IMG/VR virus record: IMGVR_UViG_3300044627_003892
Length of the DNA stretch: 64,000 nt
From: a virus
Taxonomy: Duplodnaviria > Caudoviricetes
Strand: one strand, 5' to 3'
The stretch's first letter is position 1. The number at the start of each line of letters is the position of its first letter. The position numbers and the translations under genes are program-made. Positions 46,383 through 55,444 of the stretch are shown in pieces. The notes beneath the pieces were generated by a model, which was not told the origin of the DNA, did no database searches, and saw only the letters and a list, made by a program, of their open reading frames with translations.

Positions 46383-49370
46383 TTATTCATCAGCTTTAAT
46401 CGCTTCATTTTTAGCCGCTTCATCAAGCCTTCTTATTAAATCATCAGTTTTTTTAATTTCTTCTTTTACCTGTTGTACTGAAATTTGGTTTTTAATTTTT
46501 TCGAATTCTTCACCAAATATTTTTTTACCAACCGCATTTATAAAATCCTTACTCTCGTTGGGGTTATTTTTAAGTCTTTCATAAAGTGAATCGGCCTCTT
46601 CAGGAGTATCAACACCCCTATTTTTCATTTCCCATTCAAAGGCTTTCCATTTAGTTTCATCTAAAGGTACTTTAAATATATTTTGAGAAATCTGATTCGC
46701 ATAAATAAACATTTTATACCCCATATTCAACATGACTGGTGAAAAAATAATAGGTAGTTTTACACCAATCTCCCTAAATATTTTAACCGCAATATTTTTC
46801 CATTGGGAGCCAAATTGATTTTTTAACCATTTATCTAAAATATCTTTTCCATAAACCTGAACTTGTCTCATAAATCTTGGGGTATTTATGATATCATATA
46901 AATGTCTTCTTTCAGTCTTTGATAACGATGTCACAAAATTTCTCATTTTTGCGCCAGTATTCGGATTAGCATCTTTAAGCTTATTAAATACTGACAATTC
47001 AGCCCAATCACCAAATCCTGACAAGAATTTTTTCTCAAATCCCGGTGTGTCAACTATAAATGATAACATTGCAGATGCTAAATCAATTTTAGCCATCTCT
47101 TCATTTCCAGCTAATTTATTTCGATACGCTGAGTAAACATTTAATCCAATATCAACAGACATTCTCGACAAAATTGCCAATTCCAATGGAATACCTAAAG
47201 CTGAAAATGCTGGAGGAAACACCAACGATGCTAAAAGAACACCTCCCATAGTAATTTTCCATCCGTGTTCATCCCACCATTCATCAGGACAAGGAATGGT
47301 ATAATTAACATAACCTGATGGTAATGAAGAATAATATTGACCAACAATATAACCTTTAAACTCTCTTTGTCCTGAGGCAATTGTTTTTAACTCCTTATTC
47401 ATACCAGGACAATCCTTAAGTAATTTTTTTATTGTTGATTCAACCACTGAATCTGTTATGTCGTCAATCGGGTAATCTCCAGTGTCAGTTGTTCCAGCAT
47501 ATAATGAACTCATAATACCCAACTGTGAACCAGGATTTTTAGAAATATGCATTTTAACAGCATTTTTAACCAAAGGACTATTCAAATAAAAATCTTTCGA
47601 ACCAGGTGCCCCTGGTAAATAAGTTTGAATTAAATCGTAATCTTCAGGATAAAATTGAAGGAGTAAATCTATTTGGTCTTCAGGTAATTTTAAAAACTTA
47701 ATCATCCATTTACCAACATCACCATTAGTTTCTTTGTTAGCAAAATCTACAACACAATTAGGATATAGTGATTCGTTTTCCAACGTATGTTTCATAAAAT
47801 CAGGAAAACTAGAAAACAAATCATTATCAAAATTAAGACCTCTTCCTCCTTCAGTTACAATTTTTCTTCCGTATTTAACTCCATTTACCTCAACAGGTTC
47901 TGTACACCATTCTGATAACCAATCAACTAAAGTTTTAACTTGTTCATCGGTTAAAATACTAAATACAGGACCTAAATTAATTGTTTGTGGAGGAAGTTCA
48001 AACCCCTCACTTTCTAAAGAATATGTCGGTAAATCAGAGTCATCACCTCTACTGTAAATAGGTATTACTTTACCATTAACATCATAAATACTTATTTTCA
48101 AAAACTTGGAGTCTTTAACACTTTTTTCAAACTTTTCTTTTTTATCTTTTTGGGTGTCACCTTTTTCAGATAAAACATCATCAGGTGGAATGTTCGAATA
48201 CGCATTGGCTCTCAACCAACTTAACATTAAATCGGAAATTTGATTATAACCGGAAATATCTTCCGAACCAACACTCCAAGTTCCTGAACTTGACTTATTA
48301 ACCAATGACTTTATAATATTATTAATATCATTTTCTTTATTTGGATTAGTTTCATCAAAACCCATCTCATATCCAAATTTGTAATTTCCGTCATTAATAT
48401 AATCAGACAAAACTTTATGCCATTTATAAGTTTTACCCCAAGTATATGGAGGTTTAACAACATCCTTATCTGACATAAGGCCTAATTGTACTAATGCGTA
48501 TTGAATATCTAAAATCTTATTCCCATATTCTGGATATCCTTTTTCAGTGTATCCTTTTAATCCTTGTTGTTCTTGTTTTTCTTTAGTTACAAATTGTGAT
48601 GGAGAGTACTGATATTGTATTAGACTAGATAATTTAAATTTATCAATTAAATCTTTCCAATTTGGTTGTATTGGTGGTTGGTAATTAAAACTTTTTGGAT
48701 TTTTATTATATTGTTTTAATTTTTTTTCCCAAACTTCGTAATCAACTAATAAAATTAATGGACCATACTTATCCACATTATATTTAAAATCTTTTACTTC
48801 TGTTGGAGTTGATATTGTGTTATCTTTAAAGCTTAAACTAGATTTAAATACTTTTGGATTTTTATTAATTAAGTTTTTTAACTCTTCTAAAGATAACTGT
48901 GAAACTTTTTCAGCAAAAACAGTTATGATATTGTCTTTACTTGTACCCGCACTAACTCGAGCCTCACCTTTACCAGTGTTAGATTCATATAATTTAATTA
49001 ATTGCTCAATTGAGTATTTTCTAAGGGTTTCTTTGGTTAAAACTTGTGGTTTTGATGTTGTTTGTGGATTTGGATTGTTAATTGATGGAGTTTTAGAATA
49101 AAATGATGGGTAGTTTGATTGTAAACTATTACAAAATTTATCAACACTTTCCTTATTTTTTGGTGCAAATCCTGACCATGTGTAATTTCTTGGTTGCATT
49201 TTACAATTTGTAATTGCGTCCTTATAAACGGGATTTTTTGGGACTCTATTTGGGTCCGGTTGTTCCGATAATATTTTAACCTTAGAAATATTTTCAGACA
49301 AGGTTTCTTTATTATCGTATTTCATCAATAACAAAACCCTCTCTAATAATTCTTTTTGATTCTTTTCCAT
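46383..49370 (-). CDS. Large hypothetical late protein (995 aa), candidate internal head protein
   Basis: ..LLERVLLLMKYDNKETLSE N-terminus; hydrophobic segment ITMGGVLLASLVFPPAFSALGIPLELAIL. Confidence 0.8.
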   Translation of the reverse strand: MEKNQKELLERVLLLMKYDNKETLSENISKVKILSEQPDPNRVPKNPVYKDAITNCKMQPRNYTWSGFAPKNKESVDKFCNSLQSNYPSFYSKTPSINNPNPQTTSKPQVLTKETLRKYSIEQLIKLYESNTGKGEARVSAGTSKDNIITVFAEKVSQLSLEELKNLINKNPKVFKSSLSFKDNTISTPTEVKDFKYNVDKYGPLILLVDYEVWEKKLKQYNKNPKSFNYQPPIQPNWKDLIDKFKLSSLIQYQYSPSQFVTKEKQEQQGLKGYTEKGYPEYGNKILDIQYALVQLGLMSDKDVVKPPYTWGKTYKWHKVLSDYINDGNYKFGYEMGFDETNPNKENDINNIIKSLVNKSSSGTWSVGSEDISGYNQISDLMLSWLRANAYSNIPPDDVLSEKGDTQKDKKEKFEKSVKDSKFLKISIYDVNGKVIPIYSRGDDSDLPTYSLESEGFELPPQTINLGPVFSILTDEQVKTLVDWLSEWCTEPVEVNGVKYGRKIVTEGGRGLNFDNDLFSSFPDFMKHTLENESLYPNCVVDFANKETNGDVGKWMIKFLKLPEDQIDLLLQFYPEDYDLIQTYLPGAPGSKDFYLNSPLVKNAVKMHISKNPGSQLGIMSSLYAGTTDTGDYPIDDITDSVVESTIKKLLKDCPGMNKELKTIASGQREFKGYIVGQYYSSLPSGYVNYTIPCPDEWWDEHGWKITMGGVLLASLVFPPAFSALGIPLELAILSRMSVDIGLNVYSAYRNKLAGNEEMAKIDLASAMLSFIVDTPGFEKKFLSGFGDWAELSVFNKLKDANPNTGAKMRNFVTSLSKTERRHLYDIINTPRFMRQVQVYGKDILDKWLKNQFGSQWKNIAVKIFREIGVKLPIIFSPVMLNMGYKMFIYANQISQNIFKVPLDETKWKAFEWEMKNRGVDTPEEADSLYERLKNNPNESKDFINAVGKKIFGEEFEKIKNQISVQQVKEEIKKTDDLIRRLDEAAKNEAIKADE

Positions 49371-49373
49371 TTT

Positions 49374-49625
49374 TTACCAAACTTGATTTGCGGGACCTCT
49401 TTTAATACCTGTTTCCCATTTTTCACCTGCTTTACCTAACATATTAGCTTTACCTCTTACGGTTGCGTAAAGTTCATTCCAATTAGAACCTCTTTTATTT
49501 GTGTTTCCACCACCACCTCCACCAGCAGCTGCGTCCTGTTCGCCTAATTCATCTTTCTTACCTTTTTTACTATCGGTAGTCAGATTTTTAAGCAAATCAA
49601 TTATATAGTCAACGTCCTGTATCAT
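49374..49625 (-). CDS. Small hypothetical late protein
   Basis: 83 aa, LGEQDAAAGGGGGG; late motif at 49631-49638. Confidence 0.75.
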   Translation of the reverse strand: MIQDVDYIIDLLKNLTTDSKKGKKDELGEQDAAAGGGGGGNTNKRGSNWNELYATVRGKANMLGKAGEKWETGIKRGPANQVW

Positions 49626-49664
49626 TTTTTTATAAATATCTTTGGTTAGATAAAAAAGTGTAGT

Positions 49665-49672
49665 TATATTTG
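49665..49672 (+). promoter_or_regulatory. Bacteroidetes -7 element TATATTTG, 5 nt before ATG
   Basis: Exact TAnnTTTG. Confidence 0.65.
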
Positions 49673-49677
49673 TATAT

Positions 49678-50163
49678 ATGAAACAATTACTTTATTTACT
49701 ATTATTATCAGTGACATTCTTATCTTGTGAAAGATATGAACAACCTACTTACCCATCATTATCAGGTAACTATGTAATTGATGTTATTACAGTTTCAACC
49801 AATTCTTACACCGATGTATTATACCCTGGTGATACACTATTCCTAAATGATACTAATTTTCCAATGGATACAATCGCTGTTGGTTTTACAAAATTAAGTT
49901 TTAATAATACACATATGGGATTTAATATTGTCGAAAACCAATGGGGTGACTATTACTTCCAAGATAAATTTCCATACACCTGTACTAATTTTGAATATCA
50001 AGGGAATGGATTTTTTTGGGTTATGATTAATGGTATACAATATTCATTTGATATTGTTGAAGATGGTCTTGAAAATTTAATTATTCGTTCTAAAACAGGT
50101 AGATTTAGAGATTCCAACAATAATGAAATGGAATTAACATTTACTATGACTATGGTATATTAG
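49678..50163 (+). CDS. Lipoprotein (lipocalin-like candidate)
   Basis: MKQLLYLLLLSVTFLS-C lipobox, then ERYEQ; LSGNYVI strand. Confidence 0.75.
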   Translation: MKQLLYLLLLSVTFLSCERYEQPTYPSLSGNYVIDVITVSTNSYTDVLYPGDTLFLNDTNFPMDTIAVGFTKLSFNNTHMGFNIVENQWGDYYFQDKFPYTCTNFEYQGNGFFWVMINGIQYSFDIVEDGLENLIIRSKTGRFRDSNNNEMELTFTMTMVY

Positions 50164-50495
50164 AATAAAAACGAAGGTGGGATTTTTTTTGGATTTAATT
50201 TATAATACTCATCCATAAAGTCCTTTAATTCACTTTTGTCTACCTCGTACTCTTTTTCGTCTGACGCTTCTTCATCAATAATTAATTCGTCAGTATCTTC
50301 TTCATATATAATTGGGAAATCACTTGATTCGTAATCATAGTTTTCCAAAATGAAAAAACCGGACTTTTCAACAAAGTCCAGTTCAAATTCATGTTCTCTT
50401 ATTTCGTCCTCACCATCCTCGTTTAATCTGAAACTAACTTGTATAATTTCAGATTTTGGATTGTAATAGTAATCAACGATTTCCTTAATTTTCAT
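50160..50495 (-). CDS. Hypothetical acidic protein
   Basis: Start placed at MKIKEIVD (50495), just after the upstream stop. Confidence 0.7.
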   Translation of the reverse strand: MKIKEIVDYYYNPKSEIIQVSFRLNEDGEDEIREHEFELDFVEKSGFFILENYDYESSDFPIIYEEDTDELIIDEEASDEKEYEVDKSELKDFMDEYYKLNPKKIPPSFLF

Positions 50496-50499
50496 TTCC

Positions 50500-50967
50500 T
50501 TAAATGATTTTCTTGAACCACTTAAGTGATTCATTGATTTGTTCTTGTACTAACGAAGCTTTTGATTTTACTTTAATACCTTCTTCAATTTCTTCCATAG
50601 TATATTTTTTACTTGAGCATTGTTCGCATTGTTCTCCCTCTTTCATTTCACCACCACACTGTTCACATTGTTCTCCTTCACTCATAGATGAACACTGTTC
50701 ACACATTTCACCTTCATATAAACCACTACATTGTTCACAAACTTTTTTAAGTTTTCTATTAACTTCTGTATTAGTATATTCCTTAACTTCACCCATATTA
50801 GATACTGTAATTCCTTTTTTATCTCGATTTAAATCCTCGACATTTAAAGGAGTTTCATTTGGGACATTATTTCCTCTAGTAACATATCCATCATATTGAC
50901 TTCTATGTTTACTCTGTATTGATTCTTTTTCTTCTTTAGTAATATTCAAAAAAAATGCGTTTTTCAT
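50500..50967 (-). CDS. Hypothetical protein with four CEQC repeats
   Basis: CEQCSG, CEQCSS, CEQCGG, CEQCSS; late motif at 50983-50990. Confidence 0.75.
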   Translation of the reverse strand: MKNAFFLNITKEEKESIQSKHRSQYDGYVTRGNNVPNETPLNVEDLNRDKKGITVSNMGEVKEYTNTEVNRKLKKVCEQCSGLYEGEMCEQCSSMSEGEQCEQCGGEMKEGEQCEQCSSKKYTMEEIEEGIKVKSKASLVQEQINESLKWFKKII

Positions 50968-51030
50968 ATATATTGTTTTCTAAATAAATATATGGTTGAT
51001 TGAATAATATTAATTTATTATACTTTACAC

Positions 51031-51540
51031 ATGGAAAAACCTTATCAACTATTACAACCAGTTTTTAAAGACCATCGTGGGTCTTTTACCCCAATTAAAC
51101 TTTCTGACAAGTGGGTTCAATCAAATATTAGCATAAACGACGATATATTTGTCTTCCGTGGATTACATTATCAAGATGACCCGATGGCTCAAACCAAGTT
51201 GGTTTCAGTTATTCAGGGAAAACTAATTGATTTTGTTATTAACTTGGATAAAGACAGTGAAGACTTTGGTAAACTTGAGACATTTGTTTTAACTTCAGGT
51301 GAATCAGTATATGTACCAAAAGGTTATGCTCACGGATTTTTAACACTTCAAAGTGGGACAATTGTTAACTACTTAGTAGATAATGATTATTCTAAAGAAC
51401 ATGAAGGATGTATTCAATGGGATACCGTAGAAGAAGTAAAAGATATTATCACCAAATACATGAGAGGATTTAACTTTAAAGTTAGAATTAGTGATAAAGA
51501 CACTGAAGGAATCACATTAGAAGAATATAAAAACAAATGA
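51031..51540 (+). CDS. rmlC: dTDP-4-dehydrorhamnose 3,5-epimerase family
   Basis: FKDHRGSF, VQSNIS, FRGLHYQ, QTKLVSVIQG, VPKGYAHGFLTL, VNYLVD. Confidence 0.88.
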   Translation: MEKPYQLLQPVFKDHRGSFTPIKLSDKWVQSNISINDDIFVFRGLHYQDDPMAQTKLVSVIQGKLIDFVINLDKDSEDFGKLETFVLTSGESVYVPKGYAHGFLTLQSGTIVNYLVDNDYSKEHEGCIQWDTVEEVKDIITKYMRGFNFKVRISDKDTEGITLEEYKNK

Positions 51541-51773
51541 CAAAAGAAGAAGTTGAAGAATTGGCGGAAGGTGCAATTCTATTAGACGGATTTGACGACT
51601 GTATTACAGGAGTTGTTGAAGAGTTTGGTAATGGTATAAGAATACTTTATTCACGTGATAAAATACTTGAGTCATTACAAAAAGATATGTCTTATGAAGA
51701 TGCTTTAGAATATTATTACTACAATATTGTTGGTGGACACTTCGGTGAAAGAAATCCTTTGTTTTTACTTTAG
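51537..51773 (+). CDS. Hypothetical protein
   Basis: 78 aa, LDGFDDCITG...YSRDKIL. Confidence 0.75.
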   Translation: MTKEEVEELAEGAILLDGFDDCITGVVEEFGNGIRILYSRDKILESLQKDMSYEDALEYYYYNIVGGHFGERNPLFLL

Positions 51774-52372
51774 AAGTAATTTGCGTAAAACGAAATAATT
51801 TTTGGTGCGTATCTTCTTAAAGCAGAATTAATGTTTTCCACTGTCACTTCTTTATTTTCATCTTCAAGTATACTGATTACTCCGTTTACCATTTCACCTT
51901 GGGTCTTATCAGCCATATCAACTAATTCATCAAACGCTTCGTTAGTATCATTATACTTGTGTTCGTGAGCCAATCTTTCTTTACCCATATAAAGATATGG
52001 TGCTGCCGCAAACATATTAACAACACCAGCTTCTCTTAATTTATTTAAATATTTTTTTATAAACAACATGTTGAAATGTTTTACTAACATCGCATGTTGT
52101 GTTAAATCTGTTGATTTATTTTCTTTAATATTTTTTTTCATTTTTCTTTCTCTCATTTCATCAAACTCAGATTCATACATCCATTTATCTTCATCCAATA
52201 AATAAAGACTTGACCCATTGTCCCATTTAACAACATACTGAACAAATCCAGGTCCTTTTTGTATTCCTTTAACAGTTCCTCTATCACCAAAAGATAATTG
52301 AGGTTCACCTAAAAGTTCAATGATAACAATTCTATCATCAGGTTTAAGTTCAGGATTTAATTTCTTACTCAT
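51770..52372 (-). CDS. Hypothetical protein, DUF4314-like SH3 N-domain plus DUF5049-like C-domain
   Basis: GDRGTV...VKWDNGSSLYL and LREAGVVNMF patterns (recalled family patterns). Confidence 0.55.
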   Translation of the reverse strand: MSKKLNPELKPDDRIVIIELLGEPQLSFGDRGTVKGIQKGPGFVQYVVKWDNGSSLYLLDEDKWMYESEFDEMRERKMKKNIKENKSTDLTQHAMLVKHFNMLFIKKYLNKLREAGVVNMFAAAPYLYMGKERLAHEHKYNDTNEAFDELVDMADKTQGEMVNGVISILEDENKEVTVENINSALRRYAPKIISFYANYF

Positions 52373-52387
52373 ATATTTATAAATATA
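52372..52387. promoter_or_regulatory. Palindromic bidirectional late promoter TATATTTATAAATATA
   Basis: 16-bp palindrome spanning the whole 15-nt gap between ATGs 52372(-) and 52388(+). Confidence 0.65.
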
Positions 52388-53011
52388 ATGAAATATCTAA
52401 TTAAAGAATCTCAAAAGCAAATTATCCTTGAAGCAATAAATGATAGGATTAAAGAAGTTCAAGAAGATGGTGTTGAACTAACTAAAAAGATTGTTGAAGA
52501 CACTAAATCACATGCTTCAATAAACTTAAAGATGATGCTTACATGGGGTGCTGCAATTGGAGGGTTTATGGGTCCAATTATGCAATGGTTAAATGGACAA
52601 GTACCAGAGTTAACAGAAAAAGATTCATCATTGATTGCTGCCGGTATTGCGTCAGTAATATTCTTTCAAGAAAGAAGTTTTATCAACAAATCAATTATTA
52701 AAAAGATTAAAGAAGATGGACTTGAAGAACCATTTAAATTGGGAGCAATTAAAGCCAATCAACTTAAAACTGTTTTGGCAGGTTTTTTAAAGAGTTTGAA
52801 TTTATCAGCATTTACTGTAACAAATATGTTAAGTTACGCATTCTTGGTTCCAGTCATACCAATGATATATGATGCCGTTTCTGAAGGTGTGTGGGATATG
52901 AGAGATACTGAAATGTTAGTTAAATCATTATCGGCGTTTGGATTGATAACAATTTCAGGTAATTTCTTAAAACGACTTATGGATTTAATCGTTGATAGGA
53001 TTACTAAATAA
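52388..53011 (+). CDS. Hypothetical membrane protein with propeptide-like N-terminus
   Basis: MKYLIKESQKQIILE; several hydrophobic segments. Confidence 0.75.
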   Translation: MKYLIKESQKQIILEAINDRIKEVQEDGVELTKKIVEDTKSHASINLKMMLTWGAAIGGFMGPIMQWLNGQVPELTEKDSSLIAAGIASVIFFQERSFINKSIIKKIKEDGLEEPFKLGAIKANQLKTVLAGFLKSLNLSAFTVTNMLSYAFLVPVIPMIYDAVSEGVWDMRDTEMLVKSLSAFGLITISGNFLKRLMDLIVDRITK

Positions 53012-53270
53012 AATCAATTTTTAATTCTAAATCAGACGTTCCTCTGAATATTCTGTGATAAGTCCCTTCAGGGATTAATAATACTTGTCCTTCAGTTAAC
53101 TCTATTGGTAATTGATTATCCATTTGGAATTTCCATCCTTTACCCTGTACTACTTCAATCAATCTATCTTCTCTATCACGATGCCATTGTAGTTCACCAC
53201 TATCAACATCTGATTTAAAAACTCTAATCTTTGAAGTTTCTGTTAGTTTTCTATCTTTATACGGTTTCAT
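53004..53270 (-). CDS. Cupin-like small protein
   Basis: WHRDREDR..EVVQG and LIPEGTYHRI; start at MKPYKDR (53270). Confidence 0.6.
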   Translation of the reverse strand: MKPYKDRKLTETSKIRVFKSDVDSGELQWHRDREDRLIEVVQGKGWKFQMDNQLPIELTEGQVLLIPEGTYHRIFRGTSDLELKIDFI

Positions 53271-53271
53271 A

Positions 53272-53871
53272 TTACCAAAATCCTGGATAAGTTTTACCAC
53301 CCCACAAATAACCAAAACGGTTTAAACGACATGCCCAATAACCAGCACTCAATCTATCTTTCTTTTTAGAACACTGATGTCTTGCGGCAAATGATTTACG
53401 AGCTTTAGGATTTGACACCTTAGCAGTTAAACCACCTTTAACATCGCCAAATGAAATTTTCTTAACTCTACCTGTTGATGGGTTTTTAACATAGACAACA
53501 TATTTCTTACCACCACCACTATTTCTTCTTGGTTTACCAAGTTCAACTTTCTTTCCGTTATACTCAGCTTCAGAAATAAATGATTCTTCCATCGGAGTAT
53601 CCAAGTAAACAACTCTACCACTTGATAATCTAACTTGTGTTCCAAAATCAGATTCAACAAGTTCAACATCATCCTCATTTAATTCAACCATTCCTTCATA
53701 ATATAACTCACGAGCTTCGTTAATAACATTAAAGAATTCCTCAGAACCAAATCTAAAGATATTATCATTCAATGGAATTTCATTTGTTATATGATAATTA
53801 AGGTGTTCCGAAATAAGTGGTTTTTCTACTGATTCTGTAAGAACTTTTTTGATTAGTTTTTTGATATTCAT
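53272..53871 (-). CDS. Hypothetical protein with basic C-terminal module
   Basis: MNIKKLIKKVLTE; KKYVVYVKNP..KKISFG..ARKSFAARHQC..YWAC. Confidence 0.8.
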   Translation of the reverse strand: MNIKKLIKKVLTESVEKPLISEHLNYHITNEIPLNDNIFRFGSEEFFNVINEARELYYEGMVELNEDDVELVESDFGTQVRLSSGRVVYLDTPMEESFISEAEYNGKKVELGKPRRNSGGGKKYVVYVKNPSTGRVKKISFGDVKGGLTAKVSNPKARKSFAARHQCSKKKDRLSAGYWACRLNRFGYLWGGKTYPGFW

Positions 53872-54071
53872 TTTTTAGTTCGTAATGAGAAATACAACCC
53901 AAAGAATAATGCTGAAATACAATAGAAAATTCCTGTGGTAATCCAATAAGAACTTGTGTAGTCTAAAATTACTTTGAACATTATGTCGAATCCTAGTGGA
54001 TTGAAAAACATTGCGAGCATAAGGCAATAAGTGGCAACATTTTCCTTTAGAATTCGTTTCATTTTCGTCAT
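53868..54071 (-). CDS. Small membrane protein
   Basis: Two hydrophobic segments; ATGA overlap with the next gene. Confidence 0.65.
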   Translation of the reverse strand: MTKMKRILKENVATYCLMLAMFFNPLGFDIMFKVILDYTSSYWITTGIFYCISALFFGLYFSLRTKK

Positions 54072-54114
54072 TATCCATTAACGTGGGTTTAAAGTTTATG
54101 AACAAAGTTCATTT

Positions 54115-54126
54115 TATTTATAAATA
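54115..54126. promoter_or_regulatory. Palindromic late motif TATTTATAAATA
   Basis: Lies between divergent units 54071(-) and 54175(+). Confidence 0.5.
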
Positions 54127-54174
54127 TTAATTTTTTTAAAAAACTTATATACTTATTGCTAAATAAATGAAATA

Positions 54175-54306
54175 ATGGCAGCTAAATCAACAGGTTCAAC
54201 GAAGTTATCATTCGGAGTTAAAAAATCAGGTAAATCATCAAAGAAATTTACATCCAATAAAAGGAGTAAGAATTACAAAAAACCTTACAAAGGACAAGGG
54301 AGATAA
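54175..54306 (+). CDS. 43-aa highly basic protein (not in ORF track)
   Basis: MAAKSTGSTKLSFGVKKSGKSSKKFTSNKRSKNYKKPYKGQGR; stop 1 nt before the next ATG. Confidence 0.75.
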   Translation: MAAKSTGSTKLSFGVKKSGKSSKKFTSNKRSKNYKKPYKGQGR

Positions 54307-54307
54307 A

Positions 54308-54625
54308 ATGAAAGAATACATTAAAAAACAAATTGGGAACATTAAACAGTTTTCATTCGCCGAGATGACTTCCAATAGTTCAGGAAAAACATCAGGAAGT
54401 GGAACTGCGGGTCTTTATATTGTTTTTATCGGAGGTTTGACATTCCTTATGGGTTGTATTGATAAAATGTTTTTAAACAAGGATATTGACGTTATAACAC
54501 AATCAATAATTCTTGTTGGAATCGGAGCAACTCTTTTAGGATATAGAAAATCAAAAGATAATTCTGAAGAACCTAAGGTAGAAGAAGTAACAGAAACTAC
54601 TGAAGAAAGTGAAACTATAAACTAG
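54308..54625 (+). CDS. Two-TM membrane protein (holin-like candidate)
   Basis: GLYIVFIGGLTFLMG and IILVGIGATLLG, charged C-terminal tail. Confidence 0.5.
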   Translation: MKEYIKKQIGNIKQFSFAEMTSNSSGKTSGSGTAGLYIVFIGGLTFLMGCIDKMFLNKDIDVITQSIILVGIGATLLGYRKSKDNSEEPKVEEVTETTEESETIN

Positions 54626-55218
54626 TTCCACCAACTTTCAATATTTTCACTCAAGATTTTGAAAAGTAATTTCCTTGCTCTTTCGTGATTGTATCTTCCA
54701 ATATTCAAGGCAATTCTTGATTTAACTTCGTATGAAGTTAAGTCCTCGTTGTCGATTTTAAAAATATGATATTTTTTATCAGTAACAATTTTCTTGTAAA
54801 CCAATGGATATTTTTTGAAAAAATCATTTAAGTTTTCTTTTTTCAAAAGTGTCTCCATATAATAACCACCCAATACATCTTCAATATCATCACCTGTTGG
54901 AACAAAGAAAAAATCTTTATCCTCGTAGTCCATATATTCCATTATATAAAACTCTTCCTGAACTTTTTCCATCAGTTTAACACACAACATCATCCTTTTA
55001 GCGTCAAGTTCTGAATTGACGTGAAATCCTTTTTCTTTAATGTACTTAGACTGTTTTTCTAACTTAAATTTGAATACCTCAAAAATATAATGGTCGTCCC
55101 AATCACGGTCTTTCCAAATCACAGGAAACCACTTAATTAAATTACCGACAGATGTAGAAAAGTTTCTAACGGGATTTTTAAAATATTTCCAAATAAAATC
55201 ACTTAGTTTTTCTTTCAT
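54622..55218 (-). CDS. Hypothetical protein
   Basis: 198-aa ORF. Confidence 0.75.
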   Translation of the reverse strand: MKEKLSDFIWKYFKNPVRNFSTSVGNLIKWFPVIWKDRDWDDHYIFEVFKFKLEKQSKYIKEKGFHVNSELDAKRMMLCVKLMEKVQEEFYIMEYMDYEDKDFFFVPTGDDIEDVLGGYYMETLLKKENLNDFFKKYPLVYKKIVTDKKYHIFKIDNEDLTSYEVKSRIALNIGRYNHERARKLLFKILSENIESWWN

Positions 55219-55421
55219 AATTCAAGAATTGTTTTCTTACTGATTAAACTTTTATTTAAAAAGACAATACTACAATCAAAGTCCAAAGAATATTTTATTA
55301 ATTCTTCAGAATCTTGATACTTTTTAACATAAAAATCAATCAGATTTTCGGCAGATTGAATTTGTCCAAAGTGGGTAATCGAACCAATTACCTTACGTAT
55401 CCATTGAAAGTCCCTATCCAT
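55215..55421 (-). CDS. Hypothetical protein
   Basis: Start placed at MDRDFQ (55421), 4 nt after TATATTTG (55426-55433). Confidence 0.65.
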   Translation of the reverse strand: MDRDFQWIRKVIGSITHFGQIQSAENLIDFYVKKYQDSEELIKYSLDFDCSIVFLNKSLISKKTILEL

Positions 55422-55444
55422 AGGACAAATATACATAATCTTTT

